Shown here: positions 51,605-63,066 of the stretch, piece by piece
Layout: each line of letters opens with the position of its first letter
Numbering within the stretch: the stretch's first letter is position 1
Assembly (NCBI GenBank): GCA_963832165.1
Contig: CAWHTE010000007.1
Location: 448,001-512,000 of the forward strand
Length of the DNA: 64,000 nt
Origin: an uncultured delta proteobacterium
GTDB lineage: Bacteria; Myxococcota_A; UBA9160; SMWR01
Reading direction: 5' to 3'
Notes under the pieces: generated by a model
What the model was told of the DNA's origin: nothing
The model's input: only the letters and a program-made list of their open reading frames with translations
Databases searched by the model: none
Translations under genes and position numbers: made by a program

Positions 51605-52735
51605 ATGGACACCGCCCGGCCCAGAATCCTGGTCGTCGACGACGAGGAAGCGATCCTCGAGACGATGAGCTTCACGTTCGAGGACGACTACGAAGTCGTC
51701 ACCTCGACCGACCCGCGCCGCGCGCTCGACATGCTCGACACGAAGGGCCCGTTCGCGGTCGTGCTCACCGACCAGCGCATGCCCGACATGAGCGGGGTCG
51801 AATTCGTGGCGGAGGTATGGCGCCGCCACCCGACCACCGTGCGCATGATCCTGACCGGCTTCTCGGACATGGATGCGATCATCCAGGCGATCAACGCGGG
51901 CCACGTCTACGCCTACATCACCAAGCCCTGGGAGCCCGACCAGCTCAAGCAGTTGATGAAGCAGGCGGTCGAGCACCACAAGCTCGCGGTCGAGAACGAG
52001 CGCCTGCTCGCGGACCTCTCGCGCGCCAACCGCTTCCTCGAGGCCGTGATCGACGAGCTCGATTCGGGCGCGATCGCGCTCGATCAGGCCGGTGTGATCC
52101 AGGCGATCAACCGCCCCGTGCGCGAGTACTTCGGACTCGAGCGCGATCCGCGCGGGCGCCGCTTCGACGAGCTGCTCAAGGACAAGGGGCTCGAGGCGGT
52201 CGCGGCGGCCACGCTCGCGGTGGCCACCGAGGACGGCCCCACCTACAGCGACATGGACATCGGCCAGCACCGCTTCCGCATCACGAGCCGGCGCCTCTCC
52301 GCGCAGGGCGAGGCGCTCGGGCGCGTGGTGTTGTTCCGCGAGGTCTCGCACGAGCCGCTGCGCCGCCGCTTCGACGACCTCGTCGGCGAGTGGGTGTCCT
52401 GCGACGGCCCCGTGCGCGCGCACTTCGAGCAGGGGCGCGGACAGCTGATCGAGCTCGGCGAAGCCGTGCGCGGGGCGTCCGTGCAGACGCCGGGCATGAA
52501 GGAGCTCGCCGATCGCATCTCGCGCGCGCGCACGTCGGTCGAGAACTGGCTCGCCGTGGACGATGCGCTCGCGAGCGAGGAGTACCCGGACGCGCAGGTG
52601 CTCCAGGACCGCATGCGCGTCGCGAGCGCGCGGTGGCCGCTCGGCGACGAGTTGCCGCCGCGGGTCGCCGACCTCGCGCAGCGCGTTGCCGACTACTACG
52701 AGTCCGGCGAGCAGCTGCGCGAAGCGACACTCTGA
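51605..52735 (+). CDS. Response regulator: REC plus PAS plus an unrecognised helical C-terminus
   Basis: ILVVDDE, TDQRMP, LTG and KPW; PAS-like LDSGAIALDQAGVIQAIN. Confidence 0.85.
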   Translation: MDTARPRILVVDDEEAILETMSFTFEDDYEVVTSTDPRRALDMLDTKGPFAVVLTDQRMPDMSGVEFVAEVWRRHPTTVRMILTGFSDMDAIIQAINAGHVYAYITKPWEPDQLKQLMKQAVEHHKLAVENERLLADLSRANRFLEAVIDELDSGAIALDQAGVIQAINRPVREYFGLERDPRGRRFDELLKDKGLEAVAAATLAVATEDGPTYSDMDIGQHRFRITSRRLSAQGEALGRVVLFREVSHEPLRRRFDDLVGEWVSCDGPVRAHFEQGRGQLIELGEAVRGASVQTPGMKELADRISRARTSVENWLAVDDALASEEYPDAQVLQDRMRVASARWPLGDELPPRVADLAQRVADYYESGEQLREATL

Positions 52736-52740
52736 ACCGA

Positions 52741-54402
52741 GTGGCAGCCCAAAGCGCACCCCTCGAACGGCTCGAGCTCCGGGTGGAGCGGCTGAATCTC
52801 GTGTTCCGCTTCACCTACGCGTTCCACGCGCGCGAGGTGCGCTTCGAGTGCGACCGCGGCGACGGCTACCAGCGCGTGTTCCCCGAGACGTTCTCGTTCC
52901 ACGCCGATCGCCACGATCCCGCCGAGCTGTTCCTCCAGCTCGCGGATCTCGGCGAGAAGCCGCAGCTGCTCGCCGAGCACGCGCGCCGGCGCGACTCCGA
53001 GCTCTTGATCGCGCGCCTGCTGGTCGCGGCGCCGCGCTACCTCGAGCGCGTGCTGCACGCGCTCGAAGCGGATACGCGCCTCGAGCCGAAGCGGCTCGAG
53101 CAGATCTACGCCGATCTCGCGCTGCTCTCCGAGGTGATGGCGCGCTTTGCGTCGGGGCGCGACACCGAGAATCACCCGGGCCTGCGCACGTCGCTGTTTC
53201 ACCTGCGCAAGCTCCTGTTCGGCGCGCTCGATCACCTCGTGCAGCGCCGCGTCTCGCCCGACTATCTCGAGGGCTATGTCTCGGGGCGGATCGACCCGGT
53301 CGATCCCGTCGACGATCTCTCGGAGGCGGGCTTCTTCCACGCGATCGACCACGGCGACCCCGACACCGTGAACCGCGTGCTGCTGCGGCTCGCCGAGCGC
53401 GCGTTCTACCGCTGGCTCGAAGACGTCTGTCTCGACGAGAGCAACGGCGCGTTCGAGGCCGAGAACTCTCCGTTCGCGAGCCGCGAGGCCGAGGTGCGCG
53501 CCGCGATCAGCCGCGAGCACACGCCGCTCGTGTGCCGCGGCCGCGAGCTTGCGCCCTACCTGCGCCGGCTCGGCAACCGCGACGTGTTGCGCGTGCTCGG
53601 GAAGCTCGAGTCGTGGTTCCTGCACCAGTACGACATCCACCACGCCGCCGCGATGATCCAGCACGCCGACAACGTCGCGAAGGAGAAGCTCGACGCGGAC
53701 TCGATCCTGTCGCGCCACAACACGCCCAACTATCTCGCCGCGCTGATCGCGATCGCGAGCCCGTTCGTGGCAGCGGCCTTGCTCTACGACCGCGCACCGC
53801 GCGTGTTCGACTGGATGTGCGCGTTCGAGGTCGCGTGCGTGAACATCACCGTGGCCTGGTTCATGATCTACCGCTTCCTGTGGCGCCGCGAGCTCACACT
53901 CTTCCACGCGTCGGTGCCGCGCATTCTCGCGGGCATCATCGTGGGCTACCTGCCGATCTTCTTCATCGACGAGGTGTGGAGCCTCGCCGCGCAGTCCTGG
54001 CGCACGCTCGCCACGATCGTGGCGCTGCTCGGCTCGGCGACGCTGCTCTTCCTCTACGTCGAGGTGCAGCGCCGACTCGGCGGCAACGCGGTGGCGTTCG
54101 CGCGCGCGCGCCAGATCTTCCTGCTCGGCCTGCTCCAGGCCACCGGCATCGGCATCCTGCTCACGGGCATGATCGGGCACTTCATGGCCGCGCGCGCGTG
54201 GCAGGGGTCGAGCGCCAGCATGACGATCGAGATGCTGCGCTCCGCGTCGCCGCCGTTCATCGGCGAGCTTCCGCTCGTGCTCGGCGTCGCCCCCTACTAC
54301 GTCTTTCCGTCGGCCGTGTTCATGATGGCGTTCATGTCGTTCTTCATCGGGACCTTCCTGCAGCTGCTCTGGGAAGACATCCCGATCACCGAACCGCTCT
54401 GA
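52741..54402 (+). CDS. Hypothetical protein with a large soluble N-terminus and about 6 C-terminal TM helices
   Basis: Coding-like frame from GTG 52741; hydrophobic segments from YLAALIAIASPF to FFIGTFLQLLW. Confidence 0.75.
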   Translation: MAAQSAPLERLELRVERLNLVFRFTYAFHAREVRFECDRGDGYQRVFPETFSFHADRHDPAELFLQLADLGEKPQLLAEHARRRDSELLIARLLVAAPRYLERVLHALEADTRLEPKRLEQIYADLALLSEVMARFASGRDTENHPGLRTSLFHLRKLLFGALDHLVQRRVSPDYLEGYVSGRIDPVDPVDDLSEAGFFHAIDHGDPDTVNRVLLRLAERAFYRWLEDVCLDESNGAFEAENSPFASREAEVRAAISREHTPLVCRGRELAPYLRRLGNRDVLRVLGKLESWFLHQYDIHHAAAMIQHADNVAKEKLDADSILSRHNTPNYLAALIAIASPFVAAALLYDRAPRVFDWMCAFEVACVNITVAWFMIYRFLWRRELTLFHASVPRILAGIIVGYLPIFFIDEVWSLAAQSWRTLATIVALLGSATLLFLYVEVQRRLGGNAVAFARARQIFLLGLLQATGIGILLTGMIGHFMAARAWQGSSASMTIEMLRSASPPFIGELPLVLGVAPYYVFPSAVFMMAFMSFFIGTFLQLLWEDIPITEPL

Positions 54403-54448
54403 GCACTTCCGGCATCCAATCGCCTACCCTCGAAACCGAGCGTCCGCC

Positions 54449-54691
54449 GTGATCCAGATGTACTCGAAGAGCTGGTGCCCCTACTGCCGGATGGCCAAAC
54501 GCCTGCTCGCCGCGAAGGGCCAGAAGTGGGACGAGGTGGACATCGAGGAGCAGCCGGAGCGGCGCCGCGAGATGGTCGAGCGCAGCGGGCGCACCACGGT
54601 GCCACAGATCTGGATCGGCGAGCGGCACATCGGCGGCTACGACGAGCTCGCGCGCCTCGAGGCGTCGGGTGAGCTCGACGCGCTGTTGTAG
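54449..54691 (+). CDS. grxC: Glutaredoxin 3
   Basis: CPYC, TVPQI and IGGYD motifs. Confidence 0.93.
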   Translation: MIQMYSKSWCPYCRMAKRLLAAKGQKWDEVDIEEQPERRREMVERSGRTTVPQIWIGERHIGGYDELARLEASGELDALL

Positions 54692-54708
54692 ACACCCATC
54701 GGAGAGCG

Positions 54709-55644
54709 ATGAGCGACACGGAGCACCGCAAAGTTGTGATCGTGGGCAGCGGCCCGGCCGGCTACACCGCGGCGATCTACGCCGCGCGCGCCGAGCTCGC
54801 GCCGCTGGTCGTGGCCGGTCTCCAGTTCGGAGGCCAGCTCATGCTGACCACCGACGTGGAGAACTACCCGGGCTTTCCCGAAGGCGTCTCGGGCCCCGAG
54901 ATGATGGAGCTGTTCCAGAAGCAGGCCGAGCGCTTCGGCGCGGTGGTGCGGCTCGAGGACGCCACCGAAGTGGCGCTCGAGGAGCAGCCGTTCCGGATCG
55001 CCACTGCGGAGAAGTCGTTCACCGCGGACGCCGTGATCCTCGCGACCGGCGCCACCGCGAGGTGGCTCGGGCTGCCGTCCGAGCAGCGTCTCACCAACCG
55101 AGGCGTGTCGGCGTGCGCGACCTGCGACGGTGCGCTCTACCGCGGCAAGGCGATGGCGGTCGTCGGCGGCGGGGACACCGCGATGGAAGAGGCGCTGTTC
55201 CTCACGCGCTTTGCGCCGCGCGTGACGGTCATCCACCGCCGCGACACGCTGCGCGCCTCGAAGATCATGCAGGAACGCGCGCTGCGGAACGAGAAGATCG
55301 ACTTCCTGTGGAACTCCGAGGTCGCCGAGGTGATCGGTGACGACTTCGTGACGGGCGTTAGGATCCGCAACGTGGTGAACGGCGAGACGAGCGAGCTGCC
55401 CGTCGAGGCGCTGTTCGTCGCGATCGGCCACCAGCCCAACACGGCGCTGTTCCGCGGGCAGATTGATCTCGATGCGACCGGCTACATCCGCGTGTCACAG
55501 GGGACGCGCACCTCGATCGAGGGTGTATTCGCGTGTGGCGACGCGATGGACCCCACGTACCGCCAGGCCGTCACCGCAGCGGGCACGGGCTGCATGGCGG
55601 CGATCGACGCGGAGCGCTGGCTCGCGGAGCGAGAGCACGCCTGA
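54709..55644 (+). CDS. trxB: Thioredoxin-disulfide reductase
   Basis: GSGPAG, VENYPGF, CATCDG, GGGDTA, IHRR and YRQAVTAAG motifs. Confidence 0.97.
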   Translation: MSDTEHRKVVIVGSGPAGYTAAIYAARAELAPLVVAGLQFGGQLMLTTDVENYPGFPEGVSGPEMMELFQKQAERFGAVVRLEDATEVALEEQPFRIATAEKSFTADAVILATGATARWLGLPSEQRLTNRGVSACATCDGALYRGKAMAVVGGGDTAMEEALFLTRFAPRVTVIHRRDTLRASKIMQERALRNEKIDFLWNSEVAEVIGDDFVTGVRIRNVVNGETSELPVEALFVAIGHQPNTALFRGQIDLDATGYIRVSQGTRTSIEGVFACGDAMDPTYRQAVTAAGTGCMAAIDAERWLAEREHA

Positions 55645-55690
55645 TCCGTATCGTCGCGGGCCGCGCTACGAGGGCTAGACTCGGGTAGCC

Positions 55691-56770
55691 ATGGGCCTCT
55701 CCAGTCTCTCGCAAGAGACCCTCGAGCGCCTGATCGCGCGATCCACCGACATCGTCGTGGCGACCGATCGCGCGGGGCGCGTGATCTACTACAACGACGG
55801 CGCGTCGCGGATCCTCGGCTACAAGCCCGATCAGATCCTGGGCTGCAACGTCGTCACGCTCTACCCGAGCCTCGCCGAGGCGAAGCGCGTGATGAAGGCG
55901 ATGCGCGAGGACGACCACGGCGGGCGCGGCATCGTCGAGACGTTCCAGACCACGTTCCGTGCGAAGAGCGGCGAGGACATTCCGGTCGCGATCTCGGGCA
56001 CAGTGCTCTACGACGCACAGGGCAACGAGGACGGCACGATCGGCTTCGCGAAGGACCTGCGCGAGATCCTGCGCAAGGATCAGCTCGAGACACTCGGTGA
56101 AGTGGCGGTCGGGCTCTCGCACGAGATCAACAACCCGCTCGCCGTGATCGTGAACCAGCTCCAGCTGCTCGAGCACGACCTGATCTCGCTCGCGGGCGAG
56201 GACGACGTCTCCGTCGAGTGCGAGCGCCTCGATGCGATGCGACGCGAGGTCAGCCGGATCTCGGGTGTCCTGTCGCGGCTCGGCGAGGCAGCCGAGGAAG
56301 AGACCTACGAGACGATCAACTACGTCGGCCCGACCCGGCGCATGATCGACCTGCGCGAGAAGCGCTCGGAGTCGCCCACGGCGCTGCGCCTCTCGGGCGT
56401 GCGCGTGCTCGTGGTCGACGACGACCTCGGCATCTGTCAGAGCGTGAAGGAGATCCTCGAGGCCGCCGGCTGCGACGTCTCGGTGGCGCACGACGGCGCG
56501 GCGGGCCTGCGCTGCGTCGAGTCGACGCCGCTCGACGCGGTGCTCTCCGACGTGGTGATGCCCGAGATGGACGGCTACGAGCTCTACACCGCGATCCGCA
56601 AGACCCACCCGGAGCTACCCGTGCTCATGATGACGGGCTTCCATTACGACCGCGAACATGTGATCAAGCGCAGCCGGCTCGAGGGCCTCGAGGGCGTGAT
56701 CTTCAAGAAGCCGGTCGATCCGAATCGGCTGATCGAGGTGCTCCTCGAGACGGTCGGCCGCAAGAACTAG
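55691..56770 (+). CDS. PAS - HisKA - REC signalling protein lacking the ATPase domain
   Basis: PAS (IYYNDGASRILGY), H-box LSHEINNPL, then REC (VLVVDDD, SDVVMPEMDG, KP) with no N/G1/G2 boxes in between. Confidence 0.82.
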   Translation: MGLSSLSQETLERLIARSTDIVVATDRAGRVIYYNDGASRILGYKPDQILGCNVVTLYPSLAEAKRVMKAMREDDHGGRGIVETFQTTFRAKSGEDIPVAISGTVLYDAQGNEDGTIGFAKDLREILRKDQLETLGEVAVGLSHEINNPLAVIVNQLQLLEHDLISLAGEDDVSVECERLDAMRREVSRISGVLSRLGEAAEEETYETINYVGPTRRMIDLREKRSESPTALRLSGVRVLVVDDDLGICQSVKEILEAAGCDVSVAHDGAAGLRCVESTPLDAVLSDVVMPEMDGYELYTAIRKTHPELPVLMMTGFHYDREHVIKRSRLEGLEGVIFKKPVDPNRLIEVLLETVGRKN

Positions 56771-57486
56771 CGCGCGCGCGGCTCCGGTGTGCGCGCCGCG
56801 CACACCGCCACCACCGAGCGCGCGCCTGCGTGCTGCAGCGCGCGCGCCGCTTCGCGCAACGTGGCGCCCGTGGTGATCACGTCGTCGACGAGCCAAACGC
56901 GCGGCGGCATCGCGCGCCGCGCGCGCAGCGCACCGCGCACGTTGCGCCGTCGCGCGGTCGCGTCGAGTCCGGTCTGGCTCGGAGTGTCGCGCACGCGCTC
57001 GAGCGCGGTCGGCGCGAGCGGCGCTCCCACACAGCGTGCTACTGCGCGCGCCACGAGCAGCGCGGGATTGAATCCGCGCGCGCGCAGCCGGCGCGCGTGC
57101 AGCGGAACCGGCACCACGAGCTCGGGAGACGGTCCGGGCGCGAGCTGCGCCGAGCGCGCAGCGAGCTCGCCGACCGCTGCGATCGGGCCCGGCGCGAGGC
57201 CGCGCAAGCCGCGCGGCGGATACTTGAACGCGCGAATCCAATCGGAGACCGGTGCTTCGAGCCAGACCGCCGCGACCGCGGCCTCGAGCGGATCCAGCTC
57301 GGCGCACGCGCCCGCGGCCGCGCGATGGAGCTGACAGCGCGGACACGCGTCGGCCGCGATCGCGGGCAGTTGCGCTTCGCAGCGCGCGCACAGCACGCGC
57401 TGCGCCGGCGCCGCCGCAGCACAGCCCGCGCACGCACACGGCAAGAGGGTATCGACCGCGGCCCCGAGCCAGGCCCAGCGATCCAT
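56767..57486 (-). CDS. comF: ComF family phosphoribosyltransferase-like protein
   Basis: Cys-rich N-terminus; VPVPLH, RGFN and LVDDVITTGAT motifs. Confidence 0.9.
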   Translation of the reverse strand: MDRWAWLGAAVDTLLPCACAGCAAAAPAQRVLCARCEAQLPAIAADACPRCQLHRAAAGACAELDPLEAAVAAVWLEAPVSDWIRAFKYPPRGLRGLAPGPIAAVGELAARSAQLAPGPSPELVVPVPLHARRLRARGFNPALLVARAVARCVGAPLAPTALERVRDTPSQTGLDATARRRNVRGALRARRAMPPRVWLVDDVITTGATLREAARALQHAGARSVVAVCAARTPEPRAR

Positions 57487-57564
57487 CGCGCACTCCGCGG
57501 GACCGGGGTGTTGCGATGCTAGCGCTCCGTTCGGTTCGATTAACTTTATCTATTAGATCTACAC

Positions 57565-57588
57565 TTACAGGTAGAAAATCACCTGTAA
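57565..57588. promoter_or_regulatory. Perfect inverted repeat in an AT-rich divergent intergenic region
   Basis: TTACAGGT-AGAAAATC-ACCTGTAA. Confidence 0.65.
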
Positions 57589-57662
57589 ATCTGTATTTTA
57601 CGCGAAAATTGAGATGATTCAGGCCTCGATTGTGCCGATCTTCTCTGCGGATGGGCATCGGC

Positions 57663-57950
57663 ATGCCGCGCAGCTTCGTGGACCACCCGCACTCGGTCGG
57701 CGAGACCTATCGCGAGCACTTCGCCGCGGCGAGCGGCTTCGGGCTGCGGCTGATCGGCGCGGGCCTCGCCTGCCTCGTGCATGCCTGCGTGCCGGCCTGG
57801 TTCATGCGCTCGGGCAGCCAGGCGGTGCGCGCGCTCGCGCGCGAGCTCGACGAGCGGGCGAGTCGGGCCGTTCCGAGCCGTCCGGCCTACCCGGACGCGG
57901 CCGACAGCGCGATCGACTGGGCGTCGCTCCAGAGCCGCTCGAGGTCGTAG
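57663..57950 (+). CDS. DUF6356-like small protein
   Basis: FVDHPHSVGETYREHF...LACLVHA motif; 3' end overlaps rsfS convergently. Confidence 0.72.
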   Translation: MPRSFVDHPHSVGETYREHFAAASGFGLRLIGAGLACLVHACVPAWFMRSGSQAVRALARELDERASRAVPSRPAYPDAADSAIDWASLQSRSRS

Positions 57951-58252
57951 GCTTCGCGCACCTCGGCCTGGAACACGTGCACGATCACGTCGCCGAGATC
58001 GATCAGCACCCAGCGCGCCTCTTCGTAGCCCTCGACGCCGAGCGGCCGGCCGCCGCTCGCGTTCTCCGCCTCGCGGAGCCCGTCGGCGATCGCGCGCGCG
58101 TGGCGGTCGGAGGTGGCGGTGGTGATGATGAAGGTGTCGGCGTAGGAGGTGAGCGCGCTGACGTCGAGCGCGACGAGGTCTACGGCCTTCTTGTCGAGGG
58201 CGGCATCGGCCACCCGGTTCGCGCGCGCGAGGCGCTCCGCTCTGGTTGCCAT
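57887..58252 (-). CDS. rsfS: Ribosome silencing factor
   Basis: DKKAVD, WVLIDLGDVIVHVF and YDLERLW motifs. Confidence 0.95.
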   Translation of the reverse strand: MATRAERLARANRVADAALDKKAVDLVALDVSALTSYADTFIITTATSDRHARAIADGLREAENASGGRPLGVEGYEEARWVLIDLGDVIVHVFQAEVREAYDLERLWSDAQSIALSAASG

Positions 58253-58260
58253 CCTTCTCC

Positions 58261-58917
58261 TTACGATTCTCCGCGAGCGTATACCCGGCTCGCCTCGATG
58301 TCTTGGCGCACCGCTTCGGGCACCAGGTAGCGGACCGACTGCCCGCGCCGGATCCGATCGCGGATGTCGGACGAGGACACCGCGAGCGCCGAGATCGAAA
58401 CCGCGCGCAGACTGCTCCCCGTGGCGCGGTGCACGGCGCCCGCGCCGCCGGGCTCGAGCTCGAAGTCGCCGCGCAGCGCGCCGGGGATCCAGTCCGAGAG
58501 ACGCCCCGGCGTGCCCGGCCGCGCCATCACCGCGAAGTCCGCCAGCGCGAACAGCTGCTTGGGCTCCCGCCAGGTGCCGAGCTCCGTGAACGCGTCGCTG
58601 CCGATGATGAACACGGGGCGCGCGGGGGCCTCGCGCTCCGCGAGCGCGCGCAGCGTATCCACCGTGTACGACGCGCCGCCGCGCGCGATCTCGATGTCGC
58701 ACGTTGCGAGCCGCGGATTGCCCGCGCAGGCCGCCTCTACCCACGCGAGCCGCAGCGCGCCCGGCGCGAGCGGTCCGCCCGACTTGTGCGGCGGCTGCGC
58801 CGACGGCACGAGCAGCACTCGCTCGAGCCCGAGCGCTTCCCCGACTTCCTCCGCGGCGCGCAGGTGGCCGAGGTGGATCGGGTTGAAGGTGCCGCCGAGC
58901 ACGCCGATCCGCGTCAT
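58261..58917 (-). CDS. nadD: Nicotinate-nucleotide adenylyltransferase
   Basis: GGTFNPIHLGH, PPHK, SYTVDTL and VSSSDIR motifs. Confidence 0.96.
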   Translation of the reverse strand: MTRIGVLGGTFNPIHLGHLRAAEEVGEALGLERVLLVPSAQPPHKSGGPLAPGALRLAWVEAACAGNPRLATCDIEIARGGASYTVDTLRALAEREAPARPVFIIGSDAFTELGTWREPKQLFALADFAVMARPGTPGRLSDWIPGALRGDFELEPGGAGAVHRATGSSLRAVSISALAVSSSDIRDRIRRGQSVRYLVPEAVRQDIEASRVYARGES

Positions 58918-60170
58918 TCGCGAAGCTGACCGTCTCCGCGCAGGACGTACTTCTGCGTCGTGAGCCCCTCGAGTCCCATCGGCCCGAACGCGTGCAGCTT
59001 CGAGGTCGAGATCCCGATCTCGGCGCCGAGCCCGAGCCGGAAGCCATCGGCGAACGCGGTGGAGCAGTTCACGCCGACGGTCGACGAATTCACGCGCCGC
59101 AGCCACGCCTGCGAGCTCGCATAGCTCTCCGTGACGATCACCTCGGTGTGCGAGGTGCCATAGCGCCGCACGTGCGCCACGGCCGCGTCGAGGTCGTCGA
59201 CCACTCGCACCGCCACGATCGGCGCGAGATATTCCTCGGACCAGTCGGACTCGCTCGCGGGCACGGCGTCGCCGAAGATCTCGCGCGTGCGCGCGTCGCC
59301 GCGGATCTCGACGCCGGCCTCGTGCAGCGCCTTCAGCACGCCCGGCATCACGCGCGCGGCCGCATCCGCATGCACGAGCAGCGTCTCGAGCCCGTTGCAC
59401 ACCGCCATCTGGCGCAGCTTCGAGTCGAGCACGATCGCGCGCGCCATTTCGGCGTCGGCGCTCGCGTCGATGAACACGTGACACACGCCCGCGTCGTGCT
59501 TGATCACGGGGATGCGCGAGGTCTCGGTGACCTTGCGGATCAGGCCCGGCCCGCCGCGCGGGATGATCAGGTCGACGAGCGCGTCCTCGCGCAGCAGATG
59601 GTCGATCGCCTCGCGGTCGCTGCGCGGGATCACGGCGATCGCGTCCTCGGAGATGCCGCAGTCGCGCGCCGCGGCGCGCAGCTCCTCGGCGAGCGCGAGG
59701 TTCGAGCGCAGCGCCTCGGAGCCGCCGCGCAGGATCACCGCGTTGCCGGCCTTCACGCACAGCGCCGCCGCGTCGACGGTCACGTTCGGGCGCGACTCGT
59801 AGATCATGCCGATCACGCCGAGCGGGATGCGCATGCGCCCGACCTCGAGCCCGTTCGGGCGCACCGAGGTCTGCTCGATCCGTCCCACCGGATCGGGCAG
59901 CGCAGCGACGTCGCGCAGACCCGCGATCATGTCGCGCCACTTCGCGTCGGAGAGCTCGAGCCGCGCGGCCAGCGGCGCTTCGACGCCCTTCTCGCGCGCC
60001 TCGGCCACGTCGAGCGCGTTCGCGGAGCGGATCCGCTCGCGCGCCTCTTCGAGTCGCTGCGCCGAGCGCAAGAGCCACGCGTCCTTCTGCGCCGAGGAGA
60101 GCTCGGCGGTCTGCTCGGAAGCGGCGCGCGCCTTCACCGCGATCTCGTGGACGAGCTCTTTCAGGTCCAT
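58914..60170 (-). CDS. proA: Gamma-glutamyl phosphate reductase
   Basis: PLGVIGMIYESRPNVT, VCNGLETLL and GAEIGISTSKLHAFGPMGL motifs. Confidence 0.97.
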   Translation of the reverse strand: MDLKELVHEIAVKARAASEQTAELSSAQKDAWLLRSAQRLEEARERIRSANALDVAEAREKGVEAPLAARLELSDAKWRDMIAGLRDVAALPDPVGRIEQTSVRPNGLEVGRMRIPLGVIGMIYESRPNVTVDAAALCVKAGNAVILRGGSEALRSNLALAEELRAAARDCGISEDAIAVIPRSDREAIDHLLREDALVDLIIPRGGPGLIRKVTETSRIPVIKHDAGVCHVFIDASADAEMARAIVLDSKLRQMAVCNGLETLLVHADAAARVMPGVLKALHEAGVEIRGDARTREIFGDAVPASESDWSEEYLAPIVAVRVVDDLDAAVAHVRRYGTSHTEVIVTESYASSQAWLRRVNSSTVGVNCSTAFADGFRLGLGAEIGISTSKLHAFGPMGLEGLTTQKYVLRGDGQLRE

Positions 60171-60172
60171 GG

Positions 60173-62499
<2,327 letters not shown>

Positions 62500-62745
62500 T
62501 CAGCCGATGCTGGCGACGACCCGGCCGCGCGAACGGCCGTACGAGACGACGCCAGCGGTGAGCGCGAACAGCGTGTAGTCGCGGCCCACGCCGACGCCGC
62601 GGCCCGCGTGCACGCGCGTGCCGACCTGGCGCACCAGGATCGCGCCCGCTTGCACGCGCGCGCCCCCGAACACCTTGATCCCGCGCCGCTGGGAGTTGCT
62701 GTCGCGGCCGTTACGTGAGCTGCCCTGACCCTTTTTGTGTGCCAT
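62500..62745 (-). CDS. rpmA: 50S ribosomal protein L27
   Basis: [20 protein letters not shown]. Confidence 0.97.
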   Translation of the reverse strand: MAHKKGQGSSRNGRDSNSQRRGIKVFGGARVQAGAILVRQVGTRVHAGRGVGVGRDYTLFALTAGVVSYGRSRGRVVASIG

Positions 62746-62754
62746 CGCCCGTCC

Positions 62755-63066
62755 TCAGCCCTCGATCGTGTCGACGCGGATCTCGGTGAAATCCTGCCGG
62801 TGGCCGTTGCGGCGCCGGTAGTTCTTGCGCCGCTTCATCTTGAAGATCCGGATCTTCGGCCCACGGCCCTGGACCGTGATCGTCCCGACCGCCTTCGCGC
62901 CCGCGACCAGCGGCTGGCCCACGCGCGGCTCGCCCTCGCCAGCCACGAGCAGCACTTCCGAGAGCTCGATGCGATCGCCGACCGCGCCCGCGAGCTTCTC
63001 GACGCGGACCGATTGGCCCGGCTCGACGCGGTGCTGCTTCCCACCGGTGCGGATCACCGCGTACAT
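62755..63066 (-). CDS. rplU: 50S ribosomal protein L21
   Basis: MYAVIRTGGKQHRV...KRRKNYRRRNGHRQ. Confidence 0.97.
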   Translation of the reverse strand: MYAVIRTGGKQHRVEPGQSVRVEKLAGAVGDRIELSEVLLVAGEGEPRVGQPLVAGAKAVGTITVQGRGPKIRIFKMKRRKNYRRRNGHRQDFTEIRVDTIEG

